Source: Candidatus Aenigmatarchaeota archaeon
GTDB lineage: Archaea; Aenigmatarchaeota; Aenigmatarchaeia; QMZP01
Assembly: GCA_016185435.1 (NCBI GenBank)
Contig: JACPNN010000004.1
Span: 73,635-137,634 of the forward strand
Length of the DNA stretch: 64,000 nt
Reading direction: 5' to 3'
The notes below the pieces were generated by a model. The model did not search any database, was not told the origin of the DNA, and worked only from the letters and a program-made list of their open reading frames with translations. Every line of letters starts with the position of its first letter. The stretch's first letter is position 1. This document shows, piece after piece, positions 27,657 through 36,826 of the stretch. Made by a program: the position numbers and the translations under genes.

Positions 27657-28760
27657 ATGGGGAAAAAGATAAGGATTGCCATAGCAGGTGTAGGAAATTG
27701 CTGCTCCAGTTTGATACAGGGGCTGTATTATTACAAAAAAGTGAATTTCAACGACGAATTGGTTCCGGGATTGATGCACAATATAATAGGCGGGTACAAG
27801 ATCTCAGACATCAAGCCGGTGGCTGCTTTCGATGTTGATGCGAGAAAGGTTAAGCGCGACCTTTCAGAAGCCATATTTGCGCTGCCCAATAACACAATGA
27901 TCTTCCAGAGAGAGATACCAAACATGGCTGTGCCGATACAGATGGGACCGGTGTTGGATGGTGTTGCGCAGCACATGCTGGAATATCCTGAGGGTGAATC
28001 TTTCAGGATATCGCATGAGAAACCGGTAAATGTTGTAAAGGCGCTGAAAGACAGCGGTGCTGAGATATTCGTAAACTACCTTCCAGTCGGCTCGGAAGAA
28101 GCCGTCAAGTTTTATGCACGATGTGCGCTGGAAGCCGGCTGTGCTTTCATCAACATGATGCCTGTTTTCATTGCCTCAAATGACGACTGGGCGAAGAAGT
28201 TTGAAAACAAGAATCTGCCTGTGGCGGGGGATGATATAAAAACCATGATAGGGGCGACAATAACGCACAGGATGCTTGCAAAGCTCTGGTCGGACAGGGG
28301 GGTTAAGCTTGAAAGGACGTATCAGCTGAATACAGGCGGTAATACAGACTTTCTCAATATGCTTGAAAGGTTGCGTCTCAAGAGCAAAAAGATAAGCAAG
28401 ACAGAATCGGTACAATCACAGCTTCCTGTTCCGCTGGAGCCGAAAAATATCCACATAGGGCCGAGTGATTATGTGCCCTGGCAGAAAGATAACAAGATCT
28501 GTTTCATCAGGATGGAAGGTACGATGTTTGGAGGGGCGCCTTCTGTGATGGATCTCAGGTTGAGCGTGGAGGACTCTCCTAACAGCGCAGGCTGCGCTAT
28601 CGATGCAATAAGATGCGCGAAGCTCGCCCTCGATAGGGGAATTGGAGGCAGATTAATATCGATTTCGGCATATACGATGAAGCATCCTCCTGTCCAATAC
28701 TCGGATAACGTAGCGAGGGAAATGGTCGAGGAATTCATCGCCGGCAAAAGGGAGCGCTAG
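27657..28760 (+). CDS. myo-Inositol-1-phosphate synthase (archaeal MIPS)
   Basis: N-terminal IRIAIAGVGNCCSSLIQG Rossmann motif and length 367 aa typical of archaeal MIPS. A TATA-like TTTATAAAA box sits about 70 nt upstream. Confidence 0.85.
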   Translation: MGKKIRIAIAGVGNCCSSLIQGLYYYKKVNFNDELVPGLMHNIIGGYKISDIKPVAAFDVDARKVKRDLSEAIFALPNNTMIFQREIPNMAVPIQMGPVLDGVAQHMLEYPEGESFRISHEKPVNVVKALKDSGAEIFVNYLPVGSEEAVKFYARCALEAGCAFINMMPVFIASNDDWAKKFENKNLPVAGDDIKTMIGATITHRMLAKLWSDRGVKLERTYQLNTGGNTDFLNMLERLRLKSKKISKTESVQSQLPVPLEPKNIHIGPSDYVPWQKDNKICFIRMEGTMFGGAPSVMDLRLSVEDSPNSAGCAIDAIRCAKLALDRGIGGRLISISAYTMKHPPVQYSDNVAREMVEEFIAGKRER

Positions 28761-28800
28761 ATTCATGCACTTCTTTTAAGCCAGAAACAGAAAATAAATT

Positions 28801-29367
28801 ATGGCATCAAAGAAAGCAGTGAAAATAACATATTTCGTCCACGGCTCAACATCTGACAACGAGAAAGGCATTGCCTCGGGATGGAACAATCCGGGCCTGT
28901 CTGAACTTGGAAAATTGCAATCTCTCGAACTGAAGAAAATCATCAGAAACAGGGGATTCGATGCCGTCTTCTGTTCAGATCTGAAAAGGGCTGCAGAAAC
29001 GGCTGAAATTGTTTTTGGAGGCAGGGCGGAGACAATCCAGGATGAAAGACTGCGAGAATGCAATTATGGAGAATCAGCAGGCTGTAAATCAAAGTCGATA
29101 GATGCTATTTCTGAAAAACATATAGAGGAGCGATTTCCTGGCGGGGAGTGCTACAAAGATGTTGAAAAGAGGATCAGAAGCTTTTTGGATTATCTTTTGA
29201 CAAATTATTCAGAGAAAAGCATCGCCATGGTAGGCCACAGGGCCCCGCAGCTGGCGCTTGAAGTGATCCTGAAAAACAAAACATGGGAGCAGGCAATACA
29301 GGAAGATTGGAGGCTCAAGGGGCAAAAAGGTTGGAGACCAGGGTGGATGTATTGGCTGGAAGCATAG
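28801..29367 (+). CDS. Histidine phosphatase superfamily (phosphoglycerate-mutase-like) protein
   Basis: RHG-like catalytic N-terminus (ITYFVHGSTSDNEKG) and GHRAP later in the protein. Confidence 0.7.
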   Translation: MASKKAVKITYFVHGSTSDNEKGIASGWNNPGLSELGKLQSLELKKIIRNRGFDAVFCSDLKRAAETAEIVFGGRAETIQDERLRECNYGESAGCKSKSIDAISEKHIEERFPGGECYKDVEKRIRSFLDYLLTNYSEKSIAMVGHRAPQLALEVILKNKTWEQAIQEDWRLKGQKGWRPGWMYWLEA

Positions 29368-29396
29368 GTTTATAAATTTTACGATTAAGTTGAATT

Positions 29397-29861
29397 ATGC
29401 CAGCAGCAGTTGTTTATGTAGGACTGAACAAGAACGACAACCAACTCCAATACCTAAGAGACAACTTAGGTAAACTTGGAAAAACCGAAGAAGTCAATGA
29501 GATTTTTTGGGTAGTGGATATACCAGACAGGATTTATAGAAGTAGACGTGAAAAGTTGCTCTTTAATATTGGCGGAAGACATTTTTTCAGAAAAAGAATA
29601 GCATCTCAGGTGAAACAGATTGCTGAGAGCCCTAGCTATACTTCGTTAATGGATGAGAATCAGAAAAGAGCAAGGGATCTGAACACGATGCTTCAGCAAG
29701 CTCGCATGCAGGCAGGATATAGAGATTATGAGCATATAGCCGGTAGCCCATTTTATATAGATCCTAATGTCACGGAAGTCTTTGTGGACGCAACAGAAGC
29801 GAGACGGTTTGCATCAAAAGCTCTAGAAATAGAAGAAAACAAGATAGCAGCATGGATGTAA
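29397..29861 (+). CDS. Hypothetical protein
   Basis: 154-aa ORF with no recognisable motif. Confidence 0.35.
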   Translation: MPAAVVYVGLNKNDNQLQYLRDNLGKLGKTEEVNEIFWVVDIPDRIYRSRREKLLFNIGGRHFFRKRIASQVKQIAESPSYTSLMDENQKRARDLNTMLQQARMQAGYRDYEHIAGSPFYIDPNVTEVFVDATEARRFASKALEIEENKIAAWM

Positions 29862-29872
29862 GATTAAATCGT

Positions 29873-30997
29873 CTATTTCCTCTTCTTCTCCATCGCTTCC
29901 CTGACCCTCTCGACAGCTATTTCCATGGCGGCCTTTCTTGGCATGATTCTTTTCCTTTCAGCCCTCTCGAGGGCAAGCATGGTGTTCCTTGTTATCCTCT
30001 CCTCGACTGCCTTGAACATGAAGTGCCTGTTCTGGCCTGTGTACTCTGAATAGCTTGATATCACGCCCCCTGCATTGGCGACAAAATCAGGAACGACAAG
30101 CACGCCTTTATTATAGAGCTTCTCCTCGATTTCAGGCTTCATGGGGATGTTGCTCCCCTCGACAATTATCCTTGCCTTCACATTCCTCCAGTTCCTTTCA
30201 GTGATGATGTCAGGCAGGGCTGCAGTCACAAGGATGTCCACAGGGAGCTCGAAGAGCATGGAGCCTGGAAGAACATCTCCGGGCCTGTACTTGGTGACGC
30301 TGCCCTTCTCTTTTTTCATCTTTTCGAGCTTCTCATAGTTCAGCCCTCTCTTGCTATAAACAGCCCCCTGGGAATCGGAAACAGCGACAACTTTTGCTCC
30401 TTCCTTCTCAAGGAATTTCATGGCGAATGTCCCGACATTGCCGAAGCCCTCTATGGCGACTGTCGTCTTTCGTATGTCTATGCCTGAATGTTCGCAGGCA
30501 ACCTTTGTTGCATGGAAAACTCCAAAGCCTGTCGAGCCAAGCTCATGGGGCAGCCCGCATTTTTCCTCATCAACGCACATGTTTGCAGGCTTGCCTGTGC
30601 AGGCCTGCCAGCTCCCGACGGCAAGGGAAAAGGCCGCCATCTCCTCTTCACCTGTGTTCATGTCCGGGCCGGCGACATATTCTGATGGGCAAATTGGCCT
30701 GATCGCTTTGCCAAAAACTTTTATCATATCAAACTTTTGCTCTTTTGTAAGCCTCTTCACATCAGCTGCTATGCCTGCCTTTGCCCCGCCAAAAGGCAGA
30801 TCGGCTAACGCATTCTTCCATGTCATCGTCCTTGCGAGCTTTGCGACCTCTTCCACGGTCACTGTGGGCGTCATCCTGATTCCGCCTTTGCCCGGGCCGA
30901 GGGCCAGATTATCAAGGACGACAAAGCCGTGCATCTTTGTCCGGGGATCATAGACCTCGAAAATCTTTTCAGGCCCGAATTCGTCAAAAGTTATCAT
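29873..30997 (-). CDS. Glu/Leu/Phe/Val dehydrogenase family protein (short form, about 374 aa)
   Basis: Catalytic lysine motif GGAKAGIAAD, and a NAD(P)-binding GFGNVG motif downstream. Confidence 0.8.
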   Translation of the reverse strand: MITFDEFGPEKIFEVYDPRTKMHGFVVLDNLALGPGKGGIRMTPTVTVEEVAKLARTMTWKNALADLPFGGAKAGIAADVKRLTKEQKFDMIKVFGKAIRPICPSEYVAGPDMNTGEEEMAAFSLAVGSWQACTGKPANMCVDEEKCGLPHELGSTGFGVFHATKVACEHSGIDIRKTTVAIEGFGNVGTFAMKFLEKEGAKVVAVSDSQGAVYSKRGLNYEKLEKMKKEKGSVTKYRPGDVLPGSMLFELPVDILVTAALPDIITERNWRNVKARIIVEGSNIPMKPEIEEKLYNKGVLVVPDFVANAGGVISSYSEYTGQNRHFMFKAVEERITRNTMLALERAERKRIMPRKAAMEIAVERVREAMEKKRK

Positions 30998-31123
30998 AGG
31001 ATTATGACATTTAGGCTTAGGGGGTTATTTATTTGTTCGGTGATATTCTGTAACTGATCATGCTATTCGGATAGAAATTGCGTAACTTTTCAGAATGCAT
31101 CGAAAAATAAAATTTTCTTCATT

Positions 31124-32599
31124 TCACGCCTCATCCTGAACAAATTTCTTCCCTTCCTTCAGCACCATTTCAGCCCTCGCAAGCTCGTGGCCTATGTATG
31201 CGGCATGGTCGAGCATGGAGATGAGATTTTCATTGATTATTCTCCTGTAAAGAACTTGGGCCTTGTTTCCCCTGAAGACATAGCCTGTCGGCAGGCCTTC
31301 CCTTGTATAATGCTCGACTATTATCTCCCCATTTTCGACCTTAACGATGAAATAGCCGTTCTCGTCCTCTGAGAAGGCCGCTGGTTTGTCCGCATGGTAT
31401 TTGTCTATTATGGCCTTGGCCTCCTTCCAGTTGTTCTCATAGATGTGGGCAGATGTGGATACTGTTATCAGCTTCCCTGCCTCCATCTCCAGCTCTTTGG
31501 CCATCTGCCTCTGCAGCCTCCTCAGGGCGAAGGCATTGAGGGGCCATGCCCCGAACATGTCATTGGACCTTATTATTGCCGTCTCATAGAGCTTGTTGCC
31601 TTTGATGCTCCACACTATCTGGGTTATGCACGGGGGGTCTTTTGACAGGCTGTCTGCCTCGACATTCCATGTGACTGCAACAGCCCGCCTCGTGTGGGGA
31701 ACTTCTTTCAGGCGCTTCAGGGCATTCTCCACCTGATTCACAATGCCGGAGGGCGTGGCATATTTCAGCAGCCTGTTGCCGTATGTGTACTCCACACCCT
31801 CAGGCTTCTCCTCTGAAAAGAATGTAGCGAAGTAGCTTTCGAGGTCCTTTTCCGTTATGTTCAGCCAAGGCGCTATTTTCTCATCATCGCCTTCTATTAC
31901 AGTGACGAGATTTATGACCTCATTCTGCCTTGCCTGGTACTCAGTCTGCTTCTCCTCCCCGAATTTCATCACCACATCAAGGGCCTTCAGCCATACATCG
32001 GCAATGCTCCTGCCCCTCACTTTAAAAGCTACTTCCCCTGATTTCATCTCCGCAGGCCTTGTCTCGAGCTCTGTTATGAAGACAGCCTCCATGAATGGCT
32101 GCTCATTCTTCAATTTCTCGACAGCATTTGGAAGCTCCTCTTCCTTCCCTCTCAAATCAATCACCTTCACATGGCTGCGGAAACTTTCGATAAGGCAGGG
32201 ATCCACATTCGAATCGATATAGCCTGACGAGCCGATTATTTTCCTGTCTGAATCACAGCCGCTGCTGACGAAATTCATCAGGGCCTGGCCGCTCTTCATG
32301 AGATCTGCGCCGCAGAGGGCTATGTATCTTATGGTGGGCTTCGCAAGGATGTTCTTGAGCATGGGGTTTATCCCCTGGACCGTGTAAAGGTTGCCGCAGA
32401 CTGCGTATTTGTTCTCAGGCACCTTACTGTGGATTATTTCCTTCCTTGTCCAGAGGGTGCATATCCCCACTGAGCTGTCAGGATTGCCCAGCTTCAGCTC
32501 GTCCCTGTAGAATATCGGCCATTCCATGTCATCAGGCCAGATTTGGATGCAGGCCATAAAAATGTTGGGGATTGAAAAAGGGAACGACCCCATTCTCAA
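31124..32599 (-). CDS. thyA: Thymidylate synthase (ThyA-like core) with large N- and C-terminal extensions
   Basis: Core motif PHTRRAVAVTWNVEADSL...PCITQIVWSI parallels the ThyA RR..W..PC active-site region. About 250 extra N-terminal aa and a C-terminal tail (DUF4346-like). Confidence 0.65.
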   Translation of the reverse strand: MRMGSFPFSIPNIFMACIQIWPDDMEWPIFYRDELKLGNPDSSVGICTLWTRKEIIHSKVPENKYAVCGNLYTVQGINPMLKNILAKPTIRYIALCGADLMKSGQALMNFVSSGCDSDRKIIGSSGYIDSNVDPCLIESFRSHVKVIDLRGKEEELPNAVEKLKNEQPFMEAVFITELETRPAEMKSGEVAFKVRGRSIADVWLKALDVVMKFGEEKQTEYQARQNEVINLVTVIEGDDEKIAPWLNITEKDLESYFATFFSEEKPEGVEYTYGNRLLKYATPSGIVNQVENALKRLKEVPHTRRAVAVTWNVEADSLSKDPPCITQIVWSIKGNKLYETAIIRSNDMFGAWPLNAFALRRLQRQMAKELEMEAGKLITVSTSAHIYENNWKEAKAIIDKYHADKPAAFSEDENGYFIVKVENGEIIVEHYTREGLPTGYVFRGNKAQVLYRRIINENLISMLDHAAYIGHELARAEMVLKEGKKFVQDEA

Positions 32600-32751
32600 T
32601 ATGCTACAGGCTGAAATATGCGGCTGATGCGGGCGGAAGCGATCAAGTAAGTTTTATTGATATTGATTTTTGCTGGAAAACATGGCGGCTGCATAAATTC
32701 AGCGGATAAAAAAAGAAAGCGGCATCTGGAAGCTTCTTTTTCTGACAAGTT

Positions 32752-32790
32752 GCATATGACCTTGAGTTGAGAGGGGGTGTGTGCGACGCA
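32752..32790 (+). repeat. Copy 1 of a recurring intergenic motif (TTGCATATGACCTTGAGTTGAGAGGGGGTGTGTGCGAC)
   Basis: Shares the core GCAyAkGrCCTynrGTTGAGArG with three other intergenic sites in the same orientation. Confidence 0.5.
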
Positions 32791-32861
32791 AAGCTACTCA
32801 GAACCCATTTAGCACTCCACCGCATGGCGTCCCTTTCAGAGTGGCTGTGACTTGTGCGCCA

Positions 32862-33617
32862 TCAATCGATATCAACCCATTGAACAAACGAGTATGATTT
32901 GAGCTGATCCACAAGCTCATCGCTATGTGCATCGCATGATGGAGGGAGTAATAGATAGCGACTGCTGGTCCATAGGGTGCGGCCCACGATGCGCACGTTA
33001 ATTGACTCCTGGATATGGTATTTCTGGCTGATGGTGGTGGAGTTTATGAATGTAATCAGCAGTTCACAAGATTTCGATTTGTTTTGAGCGGTCGACGCCA
33101 TAACCTCCCGCTTGATAATAGTATCTTGCATACGACGTTTGAGCTCTTGAGGTACAGGAACGATAAGCTCTGAACCAGGCGAGAGAACATATCCGTGTCC
33201 CTTTGCATCTAGCTTAATAATGGTCCCCGAAGCCTTGTGCTCCGCGTAGACCTCATATCGGCCCTTGGGTAATCGTAACAACTCACGCGTTGAGTTCAAT
33301 AACTGACCCTTGGCTGCTTGGCTGCCTGTAGGCAATTGATAAACCTCAAAATCGTACGCGGGATTTTTCAAGAGTGTTTCATTGATTTTCTGAGAAGCAA
33401 TAGCTACTTGTTCATACGTTCTTCCAGGAAATTCCTTTGGTACTAATGAAGGGATCGTGTCTAATGCTTTCTCATTGATGCCTTCTAAGATTAACATGCC
33501 AAACTCAGGGTCAGAAGCTCCTTTTTGCTCGCCCTCATAAAATCGCTGGACAATATAGATTCCAGAAGTAGCTAGGATTATGCTCAAGAAAACAACTATG
33601 ACAATTTTATTTGACAC
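32862..33617 (-). CDS. Membrane-anchored hypothetical protein
   Basis: 251 aa. N-terminal TM helix IVIVVFLSIILATSGIYIV. Confidence 0.4.
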   Translation of the reverse strand: MSNKIVIVVFLSIILATSGIYIVQRFYEGEQKGASDPEFGMLILEGINEKALDTIPSLVPKEFPGRTYEQVAIASQKINETLLKNPAYDFEVYQLPTGSQAAKGQLLNSTRELLRLPKGRYEVYAEHKASGTIIKLDAKGHGYVLSPGSELIVPVPQELKRRMQDTIIKREVMASTAQNKSKSCELLITFINSTTISQKYHIQESINVRIVGRTLWTSSRYLLLPPSCDAHSDELVDQLKSYSFVQWVDID

Positions 33618-33704
33618 CTAGTTCCACCTTTTAGTATGCCATTTAATTCTAAGTGTGAGTACCTTATAAGTGAAACTCACAAGAAATGTCAACCTCCTTT
33701 GCTC

Positions 33705-33745
33705 GCATAGGGCCTCCGGTTGAGATGGGGCGTGCGACCGAGAAG
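33705..33745 (+). repeat. Copy 2 of the intergenic motif (GCATAGGGCCTCCGGTTGAGATGGGGCGTGCGACCGAG)
   Basis: As above. Contains a second, partial iteration (GACGGGGTGTGTGGCAGG) downstream. Confidence 0.5.
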
Positions 33746-33835
33746 ACGGGGTGTGTGGCAGGCTGATTCCACTCCTTCTTTCCACCGAGTTTTGAGACTA
33801 TAAGCTTTATATACTAATTTGAATTAGTACTAATT

Positions 33836-35212
33836 ATGATTAGGTTTATAGACAGGGGAGATGAAATAGGGCTTCTCGAAGAAGAATGGAAGAAGGAGAA
33901 AGCAAGATTTATAGTGGTCTATGGAAGAAGGAGAATAGGCAAGACAAGGCTTTTGATGGAATTTGCGGCTGATAAGAAAGGCGTCTATTTCATTGGAGAA
34001 GATACAAGCAGGCAGATACATATCAGGGATTTAAAAAATGCACTTGCAGATTTCTTCAATGACAGCTTCTTGAGAAATACAGAAATTAGAGACTGGAGCA
34101 ACTTTTTTGAATATCTTAAGAAAATAATCCCTGAAAAAGAGAGGTTTTACATAATAGTGGATGAATTTTCCTATTTTATAAAGGCTGATGCTTCAATAAC
34201 AAGCTCCCTGCAAAAGTTCTGGGATCTTTTCCTTTCCCGCACCAATGTGTTTTTTGTGGTTTCAGGCTCCATATTCGGCCTTATGGAAGAAAGCGTTTTG
34301 TCCTCTTCCTCGCCTCTTTATGGCAGAAGAACAAGGGATATCTTGCTTGGCCAGCTGCCGGCAAGGCATGCGGCAATGTTTCTCGCATCAGATATTGAAG
34401 AAAAGCTCAAAACAATCATGTGTATTGGAGGTATACCTGAATACCTCATCAAGGCTTCTGAATCTGATAATTTCAAAAGCTTCATAGAAAATGAATTTTT
34501 CAGAAAAAGCGGATATTTCTACAGGGAGCCATATTATCTGCTTTCCCAAGAATTCAAGGAGATAAAGACGTATTTTTCCATCATAAATGCCATCGCCTTT
34601 GGGAACACAAAAGCAACAGAGATAGCAAACTTTGTCGGAATTGATTCAAGGGAGATATACCCCTATCTTGAGAATCTCATAAGGCACGGATTTATAAAAA
34701 AGGAAATTTCTGTTCTTGGCGACAGAAAGGGCGGAATTTATTTAATTGAAGACAACTTTTTCGATTTCTGGTTCAATTTTGTCTATCCGAACAGGAACAG
34801 CATAGAGAGAAAGAGCTATTCTGCCAGCGAGCATGATTTGAACCGTTATCTAGGAAAGAGGTTTGAGATGCTAATCAGAAATGATATATTTCAAGAAATT
34901 TTTGGCCCAAAATTTGAAAAACTCGGCAGATGGTGGCACAAGGACAAAGAGATAGACATTGTAGCTTTAAGCGAGCAAACTAAGGAAATACTCTTTGCAG
35001 AATGCAAGTGGCAGGAAAAGGTTAATGCTGAAAAAATTGCAAAAGAGCTTGCTGAAAAATCAAGGTTTGTAGACTGGAATTTGAATGAAAGGAAGGAAAC
35101 TTTTGCGGTATTTGCCAAAAGTTTCAGGAAGAAAATCTATGAATTTGGAGGGAAAAAAGTTTATTGCTTTGACCTCAAGGATTTGGGGAGGGTGATGGAA
35201 AACGGCAAGTAA
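33836..35212 (+). CDS. Archaeal AAA ATPase (Arch_ATPase / DUF234 family)
   Basis: Walker A VYGRRRIGKTRLL and Walker B IIVDEFSY. 458 aa. The gene is distinctly AT-rich compared with its neighbours. Confidence 0.8.
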   Translation: MIRFIDRGDEIGLLEEEWKKEKARFIVVYGRRRIGKTRLLMEFAADKKGVYFIGEDTSRQIHIRDLKNALADFFNDSFLRNTEIRDWSNFFEYLKKIIPEKERFYIIVDEFSYFIKADASITSSLQKFWDLFLSRTNVFFVVSGSIFGLMEESVLSSSSPLYGRRTRDILLGQLPARHAAMFLASDIEEKLKTIMCIGGIPEYLIKASESDNFKSFIENEFFRKSGYFYREPYYLLSQEFKEIKTYFSIINAIAFGNTKATEIANFVGIDSREIYPYLENLIRHGFIKKEISVLGDRKGGIYLIEDNFFDFWFNFVYPNRNSIERKSYSASEHDLNRYLGKRFEMLIRNDIFQEIFGPKFEKLGRWWHKDKEIDIVALSEQTKEILFAECKWQEKVNAEKIAKELAEKSRFVDWNLNERKETFAVFAKSFRKKIYEFGGKKVYCFDLKDLGRVMENGK

Positions 35213-35303
35213 ATCTCGCCTGCTTTCGCACTCCATTCCCATGCGTTTTATTTCGACTCTCAAGACAGGCTGATGGTGAAAAACCCCGGTATTATAACAA
35301 ACT

Positions 35304-35338
35304 TGCACAGGGCCTCGGGTTGAGAAGTGGTGTACGAC
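35304..35338 (+). repeat. Copy 3 of the intergenic motif (GCACAGGGCCTCGGGTTGAGAAGTGGTGTACGAC)
   Basis: As above. Confidence 0.5.
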
Positions 35339-35452
35339 AAATAACATCCAAATTTTGTTTGCAGGCAACTCGAAGAGCTCATTATCGAAAGAGGCTCACG
35401 AGATTCCCTTGGGATATGCTCCCGTAGAGATTAGAAGCAATAGGCTACACGG

Positions 35453-35857
35453 CTACACCGGGAATTGGGTTAGTAGATCGACGAAAATTGGTAGTTTCCT
35501 GCAATACCTCTTTCCCTCAATAGTGGGTTTAACGTGTAATGAAGAGATAGATCCGTCTGCCGGTTGCTCTCTAGGATAGTTGAAATGATCGACAAGGCCT
35601 GCCACTTGTAATCGGTCAATACTCTTGCCAATCTCATCTCTGGTAAAACCTTTCATAGAAAAATCTGTATACAAAGCCCCCCTCCTTCTTCCATCCCTAT
35701 AATAAACTGTATACAAGATCTCTAAATCTAAGTTGCTCTGGACGCCATAGACGAAACTTCTATTGATTTTTTGGATAGGGATTCTATCACAAGGAGGAGA
35801 TCTCTGCGATGCCATACAAAGGATATATGAGATCGTAAGTTTTAAATTCTTGATCAT
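35453..35857 (-). CDS. Hypothetical protein
   Basis: 134-aa ORF between repeat copies 3 and 4. Confidence 0.3.
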   Translation of the reverse strand: MIKNLKLTISYILCMASQRSPPCDRIPIQKINRSFVYGVQSNLDLEILYTVYYRDGRRRGALYTDFSMKGFTRDEIGKSIDRLQVAGLVDHFNYPREQPADGSISSLHVKPTIEGKRYCRKLPIFVDLLTQFPV

Positions 35858-35879
35858 GGACTAGCGTGTCTAATCGCTT

Positions 35880-35916
35880 GCATATGGCCTTGAGTTGAGA
35901 GGTTTACCGTCAGCCC
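35880..35916 (+). repeat. Copy 4 of the intergenic motif (GCATATGGCCTTGAGTTGAGAGGTTTACCGTCAGCCC)
   Basis: Matches copy 1 at 23 of the first 24 positions. Confidence 0.5.
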
Positions 35917-36033
35917 TTATCACGAGATGAGAAAAGACAGCCTCTCTTCTGCTTCTATCGCTGCTGAAAGGCAGAAAGAGGGTGCGCAAGCCAAGCCTGT
36001 TGAATATGTCTTTAAATATCTTATCAGCAAGTA

Positions 36034-36366
36034 ATGGTTATGGCTAACTACACGAGGATTGGGATTGCAAAAAAACTCATCAGGGCATTTAAGGAACTCG
36101 ATAGGGCCTTAATGAGGTATTCGGCCAATCCAGATTTGTTTTCCAAGCGTGAAAGAGACATGGCGCTTAGTGTTGGCTATTGCTCTGCTCTCAATAGTTT
36201 GGTGAATAATCCTGTGGAAGAGCCTGTCATTCTGAATGCCGACATAGATGAAATCAGAAAAGGCATCAGAATTTTTAATAAATATTTTGATAAGTGGAAC
36301 GAAAAAGGGAGGGAGGCCGAACGGGCTGAAGCAGGTTATATCTCTCCAGTTCAATCCTCCCAATGA
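36034..36366 (+). CDS. Hypothetical protein
   Basis: 110-aa ORF. Confidence 0.35.
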   Translation: MVMANYTRIGIAKKLIRAFKELDRALMRYSANPDLFSKRERDMALSVGYCSALNSLVNNPVEEPVILNADIDEIRKGIRIFNKYFDKWNEKGREAERAEAGYISPVQSSQ

Positions 36367-36702
36367 GTTGCGTTTCTTTTCCGTTTATCTCACCCTTCTT
36401 CTCAGCTCGGCCAGCTCCTCCATGATCTCGTCAAAGCGCCTGTCTATCAGCTCTATGACTTCCTCATGCGGCTCGGGCCTTCTCCTTTCCTGAAGCCTTT
36501 CGTGCGGCAATGGCATAGTTTCACCTCCTTAGCCCTTAAGGGCCATGAATATCAGTGTTGCGAAGCATGCAAAGATGGGGGCTGTCGTAGGCAGTATCAC
36601 TTCAATCCTGAGGCCGAAATGGCTCAGCAGGAGGCTGAAGACGGAGGATAGTGCAAAGGAGCAAATAATGCCTGCCATCATGGCCCTGAAGCTTCTTTCG
36701 GT

Positions 36703-36786
36703 TTTCATAGGAAAGTCGAAATTACTGATTATCTATTGGAAGAGCAGATATTTAAAGGTTTCGGGTTTCATAGGAAAGTCGAAATT
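36703..36786. promoter_or_regulatory. Two 21-bp direct repeats (TTTCATAGGAAAGTCGAAATT) in a divergent promoter region
   Basis: Identical copies at 36703..36723 and 36766..36786, upstream of the ArsR-like gene at 36827. The first copy overlaps the start of a possible minus-strand small membrane ORF. Confidence 0.45.
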
Positions 36787-36826
36787 TACTTTAAAACTTT
36801 AATATTAAACCCGAAATAATAATTAT

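Noticed and set aside
33655-33680. Hairpin GTGAGT-(14 nt)-ACTCAC upstream of repeat copy 2
   Set aside because: A short 6-bp stem with a large loop has a weak predicted structure and could arise by chance.
36545-36802. 85-aa plus-strand ORF spanning the duplicated 21-bp element
   Set aside because: Its sequence is dominated by reading through the direct repeats (FIGKSK twice). A regulatory region is more plausible.
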